Notes under the pieces: model-generated
Databases searched by the model: none
What the model saw: the letters and a program-made list of their open reading frames with translations, nothing else
What the model was told of the DNA's origin: nothing
NCBI GenBank assembly: GCA_964035545.1
Contig: OZ037766.1
Span: 20,014,767-20,078,766, forward strand
From: Bugula neritina
Lineage: Eukaryota; Animalia; Bryozoa
Direction of reading: 5' to 3'
Length of the DNA: 64,000 bases
Position numbers and translations under genes: made by a program
In this document: piece by piece, positions 23,401 through 35,600 of the stretch
Layout: the number at the start of each line of letters is the position of its first letter
Numbering within the stretch: position 1 is the stretch's first letter

Positions 23401-26400
23401 AGCTTGCTTAAGCCTGGCTCTGTGTTTGACCAGGCCCATCTTAAGTCACTCTGCAGGTTAAGGCAGTTTCTTTTCTCTTTGAATTGATGAGAATCCTACC
23501 TCACACGAGTAGATGGTGCTGAATGGCACCAAAATTCTGCTTTGTCAGTTATTTGTGGGAAGAGTTTGATTTTTGAAACCCACAATTATTTTAGGTAAAG
23601 CTGGTGCATGTAAAAATGGCACAGGTAACAATGGTACAAATGGAAAAGTGGGTGAAAATGGCACGCTGATGTTAAATTTTTCTAAATCCAAAACCCCAAA
23701 CCCTCCACCCCAAGCCCCCAACCCTTGAACCCCAAACCCCCACTCTCTAGTTCAAACCCGTACTCTCATTAAACTCCAGAACCCCAAGTACAAACCCAAA
23801 ATCCTCACCTCAAACCTCTCTTTCGAGCTCCGCGCCCCGATCCCAATATTGAAAACATGTGCCATGTTTACTTACTTTTCTATTTGTGCCATTATTACCT
23901 GTGCCATTTCTACTGGGCACCACCTGTTCCAGATTATTTTTCAAAAAACTCCTAGGCATATCTCTGAACTTTTAATGGCAAATTTTCAATATTAGCATTG
24001 TAGATTTGAGTTGGAGGTTAAGCGTTCAGGATGGGGGGTTTAACACCAGTGTGCGATTTATACCTGTACCATTTTTACCTAAAGTCGGAACAGGTTTCCT
24101 ATAAAAGTTCATTGAGTGTGGGGAAAAACACTATGTTTTGGATAGACACCACCACTTTAGTGTAACTTTAAAAACATTGCTGCTGCTATGAAAAGCAATG
24201 ATATGATGATTGCACTCCTGCATTTTTAGGTTCAGATTATTTAGTGTAGCAAATATATTCACTAGGTATGTAGTATACAGTTCATAGAGATTGACTTGCA
24301 TGGCTGCTAAAAATTGGCCTGTTGGTTTTTACATATTTTTGACCTTCATTCAAAGTAGCACAGAGAACAGTTAGGGTAGAGTAGTTTCAGAATATGGTTT
24401 GGTTAAATAGATGAACTAAGATGAAGATTTATAGATATGCATATACATGTAACTTGCAAGAGCTCAAAAACCGTCAACAAATTGCGTAAATTTTTCAAAA
24501 TTCAAATTCCCCCCCTAAAATGTCCAAATTCCCCCCTAGGGGGAATTCCCCCCAGGTTGGGAACCACTGATTACTAGCATAAGCTGTTTGGTACCAGAAT
24601 ATATATGAAATACAAGGCAAACTTACTGCAGATATAAAATATAGGTTATACATGCTGGGGAGCAAAGCAGTGCAATATGACTATTTTAAACTTGGAACTA
24701 TTATTGATGTGCCAAATTATATAGTTAACTATTTTTGAACATGGCTAATTGTTATGTTGCTATGGTTAGTATTCTGACTTCAAAATTACATCTTTTGACA
24801 CTTATTTTTGATATATTTATTTCTGTGAAATTGTCACCGTGACGTTTTAATTCTGTAAAATAAATTACTTGATTCATTATGTTGAACAGAGTAGTAGTTC
24901 GTCAGTCAGTTATTATGACTTGGGTGTTATATCTTGGTCATTGTAAGCGCTGGAACACGACTCCATGATTTTAGATTTTTGCGTATATTTATTTACCCAT
25001 GTAATTTCTTATACCTTTATTACAGATTGGAATTTTAGACTGCAATCTACATGTATATACACCAATATCTAAAACAAATGTATTAAATTAGGTTACTACG
25101 TTTTCTGATTAAAACTCTTGGTGAGTCTAATCAAAGTGACGTTTTGCAACAAAATGCTTTGATGGTGAAATTTATTACTTTCTTTTTTTCAGTACAATCT
25201 ATGCAAACTCTATACTTTACACATAACAAGTGTTTGAAGTTAGGCAGAATGATGAAGACTATCAACGCTATTGATTATTGTGTGCCTAGTGTCAGTGGCC
25301 CAGCTAGGTAGGCAAAAGGTGACAACTAACTGTTTCCTCAGTCTTATATAAGTACATAAAATTTCTTTTAAACTCAAAACTGCATTGAGACTGTAGATAA
25401 AAGTTTACATGAAGACCAGCTATACAGTTTATTTAAAAAAACTAATCTATCTCTATAGTTTCATCACACTATATTATAAAATAAAATGTTGGATTTTGGT
25501 TGAGCTGATGTTGGTTTTTCATAATATGCCAATGCCTATTAGGTGGCTTGAAAATGCAGATACAATTAATACATTTAAATATTCTATATGGCAAGGTAGC
25601 ATCAACTCATTTAACAAAACCCCTTACACCATTTATTGCAGAAAAGTAAACACAGTTTGAGAAAACTCTTTTTCTATATTAATAATAAGTAAAAAAAAAA
25701 TAAACGCAGTTCTGAAATACAATAATTACAGCGTTAAACCTACAAATATGTCTGGTTGGTCATATGGCATCAGCAACTCTTTCGTGTCATATGACATGAT
25801 GAAATGTAAGTTTATTCTCTGTGCTATTAGAAAAAAATAGCCTCTAGAATAAGAAGTTGATAGAAATATTGATTATAACAAGTGATATTAATTATGGAGC
25901 TGAAGTTATATAGCATGCGGTTAAACTTAAGTTTTACAATTCTATTTTTATCATTGTTTATAAATTCTGTTGATTTAAGAAGGAAATTGAATGCAGTATA
26001 TTTGTATGAGTTTTAAAATAAAAGCAATAAAAGTTATTACAGCTGTCGCAGCAGACCTCAATTGATATTTTTAAGAATTTAAACTGTGATGCATTAAAGC
26101 TGAACTTAGTGTCATGAAACCCAACAGAAAACTTTAGCAAGTAATTTTAGTTTTACTGTAAGTTGAATATACTATGTTATTGCCTTGCCAATTCTTGTTG
26201 ACAATGAGTAGAAATGTTTATTGACTTTATTCATTTGGTTTAACAAATAAACTCAAAGAGTAAAAACAAGGTTAAAATCCAACTGACTAAAGTAAAAAAT
26301 TTGAAATACAACCATTGACATACCGTTACATTTACCGTTCAACTATACAATATATATTCCCGAAAACGTTGTAAACTTGCTTATTTTTTTCCACTAAACG

Positions 26401-28049
26401 GAAACAATTATAAACGTGTCACTATTATACTAGTCTAAAGCCACTTCTCAAAAAGAGTAAGGAAAATATGCATGCCATGGGCATAAGATGGTCACTTTAA
26501 GACATCCTTAATTTAACTAAGTTTTAATTTTGAGAAAAATATCATTACAGCCAACCATTTTAATTTGTATTAGCTAATAAGAATGATGAGCAATTATAAT
26601 CATTGTTTTCAACCTATCACTCGAATTAACTGACACTGTAGCCTACAGATAAAGTTTGCTGTTACAATTAAAGTTGTCTAGCTCCAGTACTTTACTTAGA
26701 CGACTTAAAATTTAAACAGATCAGAGTCACAATGATTAAATAAAAATTATACTCAAACTTTGTACAAGTCTTTAATTATCATAACAGTTAGATTGTATTT
26801 CAATTGTATTATAATGACAGCTTTTAATTTTACAATAGTCCATTAGCATTATTTGCCTTTAAAGATGGCTTGCAGTGTGTGTGTGTGCGTGCATGCGTGC
26901 GTGTGTCTGTATTAAACAATTAAACGTATTTTAGTATTTTCGGAGCTACTGACTTTGGGAGTATCGACAGAACTGCCTGAACCTAAACTTCAAAGTTTCA
27001 AAGTAACATCTATTATTTATGCACAGAATTTTTGATGAACATGTTCTTTTTATTAGGCTGAGAAAAACTAAAATAGTAGAAACCTTCACCTCACCTGTGA
27101 GCGTGTCGCATTGCTTAAACATGCCATTGTTGATAGTTTTAGAAACTGCAACACTGACTTGAGAAGCAGTCTCAGAGTTATTATTAGAGACAGACTGGTT
27201 GAAACTAATGAGGTAATAATCTGGATAGACTTCCGTGTGAGCAGCTGAGTAAATCTGATCAGCAAAATCTGTCACTATTTCTTTCCCGTATGAAATGATC
27301 TACAATAATCAAATAATAAAAATATTTTGTCGTGCCTTGAAACATTTTGTAAACGAGCAAAAAGAAACCTAATTAACTTACACAATGGTCATGTGAGCAA
27401 CAACTGTGAGCAGAACAGATCTTAAAACTCATTGGCTCAAATACTTGCAAGTTCTGAGTAACTACATAGTGAACAGAATTATGTGGTACTGTAATCTACT
27501 CAATATGTGATGCACTTGTATATTTTACAAACTGCCTAGTTTTGGTATGATAGGTTTATAAAACATTATTGAGACTAACTTTTGAAAGACTTAGCTGAAC
27601 AACAGAGCTCTTGTTACATTTGAGAAAGAGTTTTTACTTTTTGTTTTTACAAGCAAACTGCTACATACCTCCCACTGCTCGTGACTGTAGGCCAACACCA
27701 CACAAACTAAAGAAAGGAGATTTATAATCACAGCCACTATTCCCAGCAACTTCCAAATAAGTACAAACTTGTACGGCATCTTTTTCTTTGCTGAAGCTAC
27801 ATTTGTAGATATTGGCTTATTTCTCTTTTTACTCTGTCTTGAGCCTAACAAATTGATGCTTGAGCCAGGTAATGGTGTTGAATTAACTTCTGAAGGTGAA
27901 TCGACTGTCGTAAAAGTGTGGACTGGTGAAATCAGTGAAGTGGAACTAACTTCAGGAAGTTGTAACATACTGCTGTCAACTGGAGTTAATAGACGCGAAT
28001 TGTTGATAGGATCCACCTGTCCAATGCCAGTCGTTGTAGTTTTTGCCAT
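20422..28049 (-). CDS. PMP22/EMP/claudin-superfamily four-TM membrane protein, paralog B (5 coding exons, long Ser/Thr/Pro-rich N-terminal tail)
   Basis: Exons 28049-27669 (..LLGIVAVIINLLSLVCVVLAYSHEQWE), 27299-27095 (NGMFKQC), 22655-22542 (VVWLTNSCF), 20993-20850 (HLMTRMSQACMVVS..), 20690-20422 (LDYTWAAMVLAIITGVLWIV; ends FCCRT*). Phase-consistent GT-AG introns and clear similarity to paralog A. Confidence 0.8.
23145..24569 (-). mobile_element. Decayed hAT-superfamily (Charlie/Buster-type) DNA transposon in intron 2 of paralog B
   Basis: 16-bp perfect TIR CAGTGGTTCCCAACCT (23145) / AGGTTGGGAACCACTG (ends 24569); imperfect target duplication AACTAGCA / (AT)TACTAGCA; minus-strand transposase remnants YLVNIFATLNNLNLKMQ (~24270-24215) and RILVPFSTIYSCEVGFSS..RNCLNLQSDLR..SNTEP (~23540-23410), broken by frameshifts and deletions. 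Confidence 0.88.
23602..23922. mobile_element. MITE-like element nested in the hAT remnant
   Basis: About 65-bp imperfect terminal inverted repeats (TGGTGC..AAATGGCACAGGTAA.AATGG.ACAAAT.GAAAAGT..) around a C-rich AACCCC-like core. Confidence 0.75.
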
Positions 28050-29637
28050 CTTAATCTCTACTAATTTAATATAGTATAGATTTGTGACGAAAATACTTGA
28101 AGGTAAATAGAGTAGATAATTAATAGAAAGTAGAGTCTAGTAGAGCATAAAATCAACATTTCAGCATCAATAAATAACTAAAAGGAGCTGATTGTAGACT
28201 GAAAGCCCACTTGTAAATAATAAATGCTCCAAGCTAGGCTATTAGGTGTCAATAAAATTATATTCAGCTAAATATCGTGTGCTGATGGTTATAATTGTAT
28301 ATTACGTGCACACTGCTTTAAACTAAGCATACAAACTCAAATAAGTGTTTTATTAAAAAACAAACTTCAATCTGGTACAACACTGAGCACAATAACTACC
28401 ATTATTTATTAAATACAAAGCTACATAAACACCTAAGGACCAAAATATGCCGACTTAAAGGTAGAAAACATGGTAGGTATTGAATAAGTGGCAGCTTACC
28501 TTCCTTTGTATTAAGAGAGGAATGAATCTTGATGTTGTGATAACAAAGTGAATGGCAATAGGTCAATGTCTTGAATTCCTCTTTCATGAACTGGCCAACT
28601 CTTTTAAAGCACAAATATATCATTCATGTGATGTAATACTGTGCATTCAAATAATCAATTTATGATGGATGACTATTGCTAATTTAAGTATCACATACAC
28701 AATATTACAGAACAATTTGTAAATTTGCCTTCGATAGGAAAAGTTTCTTAGTTATGTGTTTTAGTAACATTTTAATGTTCTGATAAAAGCCAATGGCTAA
28801 GGAACTGCGTTTTACAACAAGTAAATGATGTGGGAAATTAATTTCTACACAGCCTAATTTAATAGGTAACAATTAAAATTTGATTTGCGAAACATGAAGA
28901 CTAATCAACTGGATGAAACTTTCTTTCCTTGAGCAAAGATATACTAAGTGTTTACAACACAAGTTATGCTAAATAGAAGTAAGTATTTCCAAAATAGCTG
29001 CTCCTGCTATATACAAGGCAACAGCACAAAACTTCACTTGAATGTTCATATTATCTAACATTTATTTTGTTAAATGTAATATAAATATAACTTAAATACA
29101 GCGTAATACATAACCTCGTTGACTACAAAAACAATGGGCAAGATCTTCATCACATATCCCAAGGCAGGACAGCATACAGCATCATTTACAAGACTACATT
29201 ATGTGGCTATAATCTTAAATGAATATAATAAATACTTAGAAAATGTATTGAGTAATATGGCACTATAATAAAGGAAGATTCATCAAACAAAAAAGATGAA
29301 CTTTATAACTAGATCGTTTCTATGCAAGGTTCCTTATTGCCACAATTGAGACTAGTGCAGACTAGCTGGAGTAGCAGTACTGACAACATGAAAAAAACTT
29401 CATAAATATAAAAATTACACACATCTGTATTTGTATGAAGTGAATTACTAACATGATTTAAAGACTTTTATAGAATATTAATGCATAAGAAATATTGATT
29501 TACAATAACTGCTACAGTAACTTAGCTTATCCAGTCACGTAACTAAGGAATTCCTATAAGCTGTATGAATGATTAACAATATTATACAAGATGTAGAAGC
29601 AAGTAAACAACTAAATATCATTATATGAAAATATAGT

Positions 29638-32600
29638 TTAAACAAATTTAGGCTCAGTAGATTTTTTCTTCATAGAATGGGTGTGGAAAACTGATTTGCC
29701 CAGTGGTTTTTGAGAAGGTACATCGCTTGTATGAGAAACTCGAGAGTCGACATCATTAAGATTCGACCCTGGATTAGATGAGGTGAGACTGAGCCTTCTG
29801 TCGTTGTGAATGAGTTCAGCAGTAATGTCTGGTGCACCAATGTCCGGCAAGACAAGAACCTGACCATGATCATGTTTGTTGGCAGAGGTAGTTACTTTAC
29901 TGATCGAGTCTGGAGTGTAAAACAAGGCATTCTTGTGAGACAGCGATTTCTTTATTGGCAAATTAGTGTCTAGATTTCCTGTGTTCAGGTTGGTGTATTG
30001 CAGATTTGCTGATAGGAGTATTGGGGGTTGTCTGCTCTGACTGGGCATTGTTTTAAACTCCGTGGAGGAGGATTTCTCAACAGGGTTGATACCAGGTAGC
30101 TTGTGGTAAGGCATGCTGGCAGATCGAATCACTTGGGTTTGATATGAGCCGACTTTAGTAGCATCTGTAAAGCATTACCATATATAATGTAACTGGTGAT
30201 CAAGCGCGTAACTACTGTCCAATTATAAGGTTTAACTTACAACATGTTTACAACACTGGAAAATAAAATGAAAATTATGTTTAACAACATCATGCAATCA
30301 CTGACAAATGATACATTTTGTAAACAATATAGAATATAAAAGCAAATCGTAGCGGAATGGACTGTTTGGAGTAGTTACAAGCAAGAGTGGATAATTTCAT
30401 GCAGTAAATTTGAAAGCCATAGAGCAGCCAAAAGTTTGTTTATATGATTTTGTAATGATGTATAATGAATGCCTTTTGTATGACAATTGAGCTGGAAACT
30501 CGCACGCAAAATTAAATATAATTCAATGTAAGTGGTGCATTTTGGTTAATGTTTTGAAACATGTGCAGAAAACTTTAAAATGTAATAAAAGTGATGAGAA
30601 AAAGAAAATTAGCTTTGCAAATAAATCTATTAGCTACAAAGAAAACAGGAACAATCGTGTTTGACAGAGAAGTGGAAAAGGGATTATACACAGTTACAGC
30701 ACATTAACAAATAAATGCTATGACGGAAAGACTAGCTATGACTGGTGCATACTGAGTGAGCAGCTGATTGCACTAGCAGTAAATTACCTTACCACCGGCA
30801 GTACTAATAGCAAATTGCGTTGTTATACATCAAAATTACACAGAGGTGCAATGGACATTCCTAAAACATCAACTACAGCTGTTTGACGGCGGAAGTGCTT
30901 TAGTATAAGAGTTTGGGTGGATTAAACAGATATGTGGTACAAGGTGATTGGCTACAGAGCTTACCAGCACCTTAGTCTATTAGTTCAGTTGTTAGAAACA
31001 GCTTTAATAAATCACCAATGTTTTAGGTTAATGGTTTATAGCGAAACATTGAGATACACCAATTATATATTGCCATTACCGTCACGGTCATGGATGTGCT
31101 ACCAAATTATTAAAAAAAACCTGTCAACATATGTACAAATAAGATCAGAAATATTCCCATCAAAGCCATCAATCTGCTAACAACTTATAATTGATGAACA
31201 AGCGTAACGCAAGAGTAAATGTATCATCAGTTGAATTATTTGTGGTAGTTTTGGCATAGTTCCACTCTACTCACCACTGCCTGCTAACTGAGTATCTCTT
31301 AAATCACATGCAGATGGTTCAAGGTCGGAATCTTCACTGCCGTCCAATGAGAGACCATCTGTTATGTGAACAGACAGACAGAAACTTGATGGGCGTGTAG
31401 GATGCGGGGCACAAGCATAAGCAAAGTAATGCAAAACTTTGATTTCATTACTTCAAACGTTAATCAGCATAACTTTTATTCCTAAAGTCATGCCTAAAGT
31501 CCTAAACCCTCTCTGACTAATATCATTACAGGGGTGAGGAGACAAATCGCAAGATACTGGTTTCATGTGTAAAATGATACTAATGTACTGAGCCATGCAG
31601 CAATAAACTTGGTCTAAGGCAATCATGCAATGATGCGGAGTTGAGAAATGGTAAGCCAACAATCTAAGTTATATACCTGACAACCGCTTGTTGGGCTCCC
31701 TGTGAGAAGACAACTCTGTGATTGACTCTAAATGCTCATCGCTGTCTTTTGTACTCTATAAGAACACATGGTGGAAATACAACATAAAATGAGGAGTAAA
31801 ATGAATGAGTCACTTATAAAACTTATCGTCAGAAAACTCACAGTAGTAATACTCAACTTGAATATAAACTACAATATATAGCCATTGGAACAGACTAAAG
31901 TTCAGCAATGATCACTTTATTACATTTCAACAACTTGATGGATCCCTGAAGAAAATATATTTAGTACAAGATGTGTACGAACCGAATCTAGAGGCTTGGT
32001 TAAAGCAGTCATGATTTCATCTTCTAGGTTAGCATTAGCAGAGTGAGGTCTGTGAGAGGAGTCCCGACTGGAGACTGAGTCATTGTCCGAGACATCTCCC
32101 GCTATTGTAGCTTCTCTCAGCAGTTTGACCAGGTCTGGCCCAAACAGTGCCTAGCAGCATGGAAATGCAGATATACAGTACAGAGTGGAGGAAAATCTAG
32201 AATATCTCACTAATAATAGCTAATAATGCGAAATTAATGTCAAATGGTACCCGCTTTTGCAATTAAAAATGCAATAATATAAAACATCATGGAAAAACAA
32301 TGCAGCAAAAAGTTATTAACTAAAAACCCAAGATAAAATATATTGAGTCTATTTGACTTTAATAATAGACAACTTCAGGCTAAAATCTCACATTGTAATA
32401 ACATATAATAAATGAAAACAAAGTTTGCAGAATACAGTTTCACAATGGACACCATTGTGTACTGAAGAACTGATAATAAAGTTTGTAAAAATTAAAACAG
32501 TGCCTCATCAAAAATAGAACCTACCTGTGAATGAACTATGAGCAATTCAATAGCCCGAGTCTGGTGCGATGTATCCATGAGTGCATCAAGGTTCACTGGC

Positions 32601-35600
32601 CCCTCACTAGGCCTCAGTAATGTTGGACCAAAGACTATGCCAAGGTTGCTCGGGCTCATTTGGTTCTCTGACTCTAGATCACTCACTCTGCAACAGACAT
32701 TAGATTTTGTAGAGAAACAGAATGACGTGTAGAAGTGAATGATTACAGGTAACAACTAAAGGAGGCTGATTTCTCTATTGAAGTTACTGAGATAGCAAAT
32801 GGCTTTCAGCAGAGAAATGTTGTTTGATTGCAGTAGACCTGGGCACATTTCAGGCCCATTCAGCTGTAGTCCAAGAAAACATGCAACATCTCCGGAGAAA
32901 AACTAATGTAACTCTTTCTTTCTAAATTGAACTCACTTCCCCAGAGCATTTGCAGAGCTTACACACCTTTTCAAATGATGAATTATGGTAGCAGCAGTTT
33001 TGAAATTAGCTGGTGGCAACCTTTCAACAACTCTCTTTAGACGTAACACGAGCTCGTCCCCAGAGAGTTTGCCACTCGACTGCTCCCGAGCAATCTCCAC
33101 AAACTCCGTGTACAACGCCACCGTCATTAGAGGCTCTGGCAGCTGTAAGTCAATCAAAGTACATTGTAAGTAACCGATAGTCTAATGGCAATGATGTCTA
33201 AATTATTTTTGGTAAACTACACACTGTCAGCTACGATACCCCAGGTGAGCTCCTCGTTACAGAATCTTCTATACTGCTCTATATGCAATGATAAACCCTT
33301 TTTTGTGTTATGTTTGCACCTAATAGAGCCAGCACAAACAAGTCCTGTAGTTTGCATAGCATAAGCAGCGAAAGGTAATAGTAATAAGTCAATCTATTTA
33401 GTTTAGAATGATTAGCAAAAATAGCTTATAGGAGATGCACTATACTCCACAGATCGAGGGTGTGTTAAATCAACCGACCTGTCTAAGATACAGTTTGAGA
33501 ACATTGGATATGACGTTAGGATGATGTTCGCTCAAATCAACCTCTCCTCCACATTCAAAACTCTGACACAGTTTTTCCACTTTTGATTTTACGCCAGACA
33601 CCCTGTATAGGCCCTACAACAAATCACATCACCGTATATTTCTCATATTGTGAGGGTTTAGTAAAGCAAACTAAATAAACATGAGTATCACAATCTTAAG
33701 ATATCAGCGATATGTTTTAAACTTTAAAGTTTTATTAGCAATACAATTAATTACTGCTATTTGTGAGTCAATATTTGTCTTGTATAAATCATGCCAACAC
33801 TCTCAACTTATATGCTCTAACATAACAGATGTGGCATACAGTATGATCTGCTAGGGGTAGTTTTAAAGAGTTGAAGATTAGTCCTTTCAAACACCTTTAT
33901 TAATAACTACTCAGATAAATTAGAACATGTAAAACAGGACTTACTACAACAAAGCGTGACCCACCTTTATATCTAGTCCACGCTTATCTATCTCAGCAAT
34001 ACACTGCGTGACAATATTCGGCACATCTACGTTCATACTCTGTATGTGGTCATCAAAAGACACACCGAATGTGGTCATACGCCTGTGGGTCTGTGACACC
34101 CCGCATTGCTGAGTTAAACTGCCTAGACACTTCTTATGACACGCCGTACCACACTAAAACCAACACAGAATGCTACTGTAACTTACTTCAGATACTATAC
34201 AGTGCATAATCGCAACACTTGGGAACTATTGAAAACGGGATTAAATCACTTGGAAATATTATAATATTTTATCTAACAACACACACTTCTAATTTCCTTC
34301 TGCAACTTCATATAAAAATATTTTATTACCATTAGAAAAAGATTTAAATAAGCTTGTTAGATAGTAAGCAGGAGTTATATTAAATAAACAGCATTAAAAT
34401 AATATATTCACTGACCAGCACTGCTCACATCCTATAAAACACACTATGTTTACAACCGCTGCAGGTGAAAGAGTTTGTTGGACTGGTTGATACCATTTTC
34501 TGTCATGTTGACTGTGTGTTTTATTGAGATACAATGTTTTGCAGTTGTATAGCAAAGGTTTGGAGAAATGATTGAATTTTGTTTTTTTTGTGACAGTTTG
34601 TAACTAGCGTTGAGTATGTGACTAGTGTTGACAGTGTGTGACTAATGTTGACAGTGTGTGACTAGTGTTGACAGTATGTGACTAGTGTTGACAGTATGTG
34701 ACTAGTGTTGACAGTGTGTGACTAGTGTTGACAGCAAGTAACCAGAATGACTGTACCTGCTCACACTCCATACTGTTGAAGTAGACGTATGAGTCACAGA
34801 CTCTGCACCTTGATGGTGTCCGCAGCTTCTTGAAAGAGTGACCAGCATGAGTTTCAATATCTACCAAAAACAGTAATAACTAAATCACTAAACATTGAAG
34901 GCATAGAAATTAAAGCATAGCAGTGAATAACCAAAGCACATTTGGGTCAGCAAACGTTTTTGCAGATTAGAAGTGAGTTGTGTAATCCTCCCAGCTCTCA
35001 ACTTGGTTCATGTAGGGAACAGCATCTGTTAGCATTATAGTTCTACTTAATACTTTAACTACTAGAGTATTGGTGAGACATAGAGACTGCCTTATATAAC
35101 TTGCTAAGCAATGGGTTGACACTACATTACCAAACTGACCATCAACAGCTGCTGACTGATATGCATTGATGGCTGCCAGGCGTTTGGAACTGTTGGGACT
35201 TTGAGTAGGTGAGTTGTCTCCGCTTTTGTTGCCAGAACTCAAGCTCTCTGATTCACTGCCAACCTTCTCTGTGGAACTCTTCATTTTACTAGAGGAAGGG
35301 CTGTCTAACAACGCTAGGCTACTTGACTTGCGACTCCTACAATCAGCATAGCTGCATTATATACACACTAGGTCTAGACTTATTATTATTTGGTTTTATT
35401 CTCACCCACTACATTTGTATACAGAGCAGAGTTGAAATAGACACATGTAGGTGCAGCCTTAGAAACAACTGTAGATACTAGTTTAGTTTTTTAAGCCTTA
35501 AGGTCTGAAGGATGATATTTGAATTTACTGTACAAATACCAGACATAATAGCAATAAAAACTCAGTAGATACTGTTTCAACACTCTGCAGTTAGCATGAA

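Noticed and set aside
30786-31110. Several short AG..GT segments in the last RhoGAP intron
   Set aside because: Most are frame-shifting or contain stops, and the flanking exons already join in frame.
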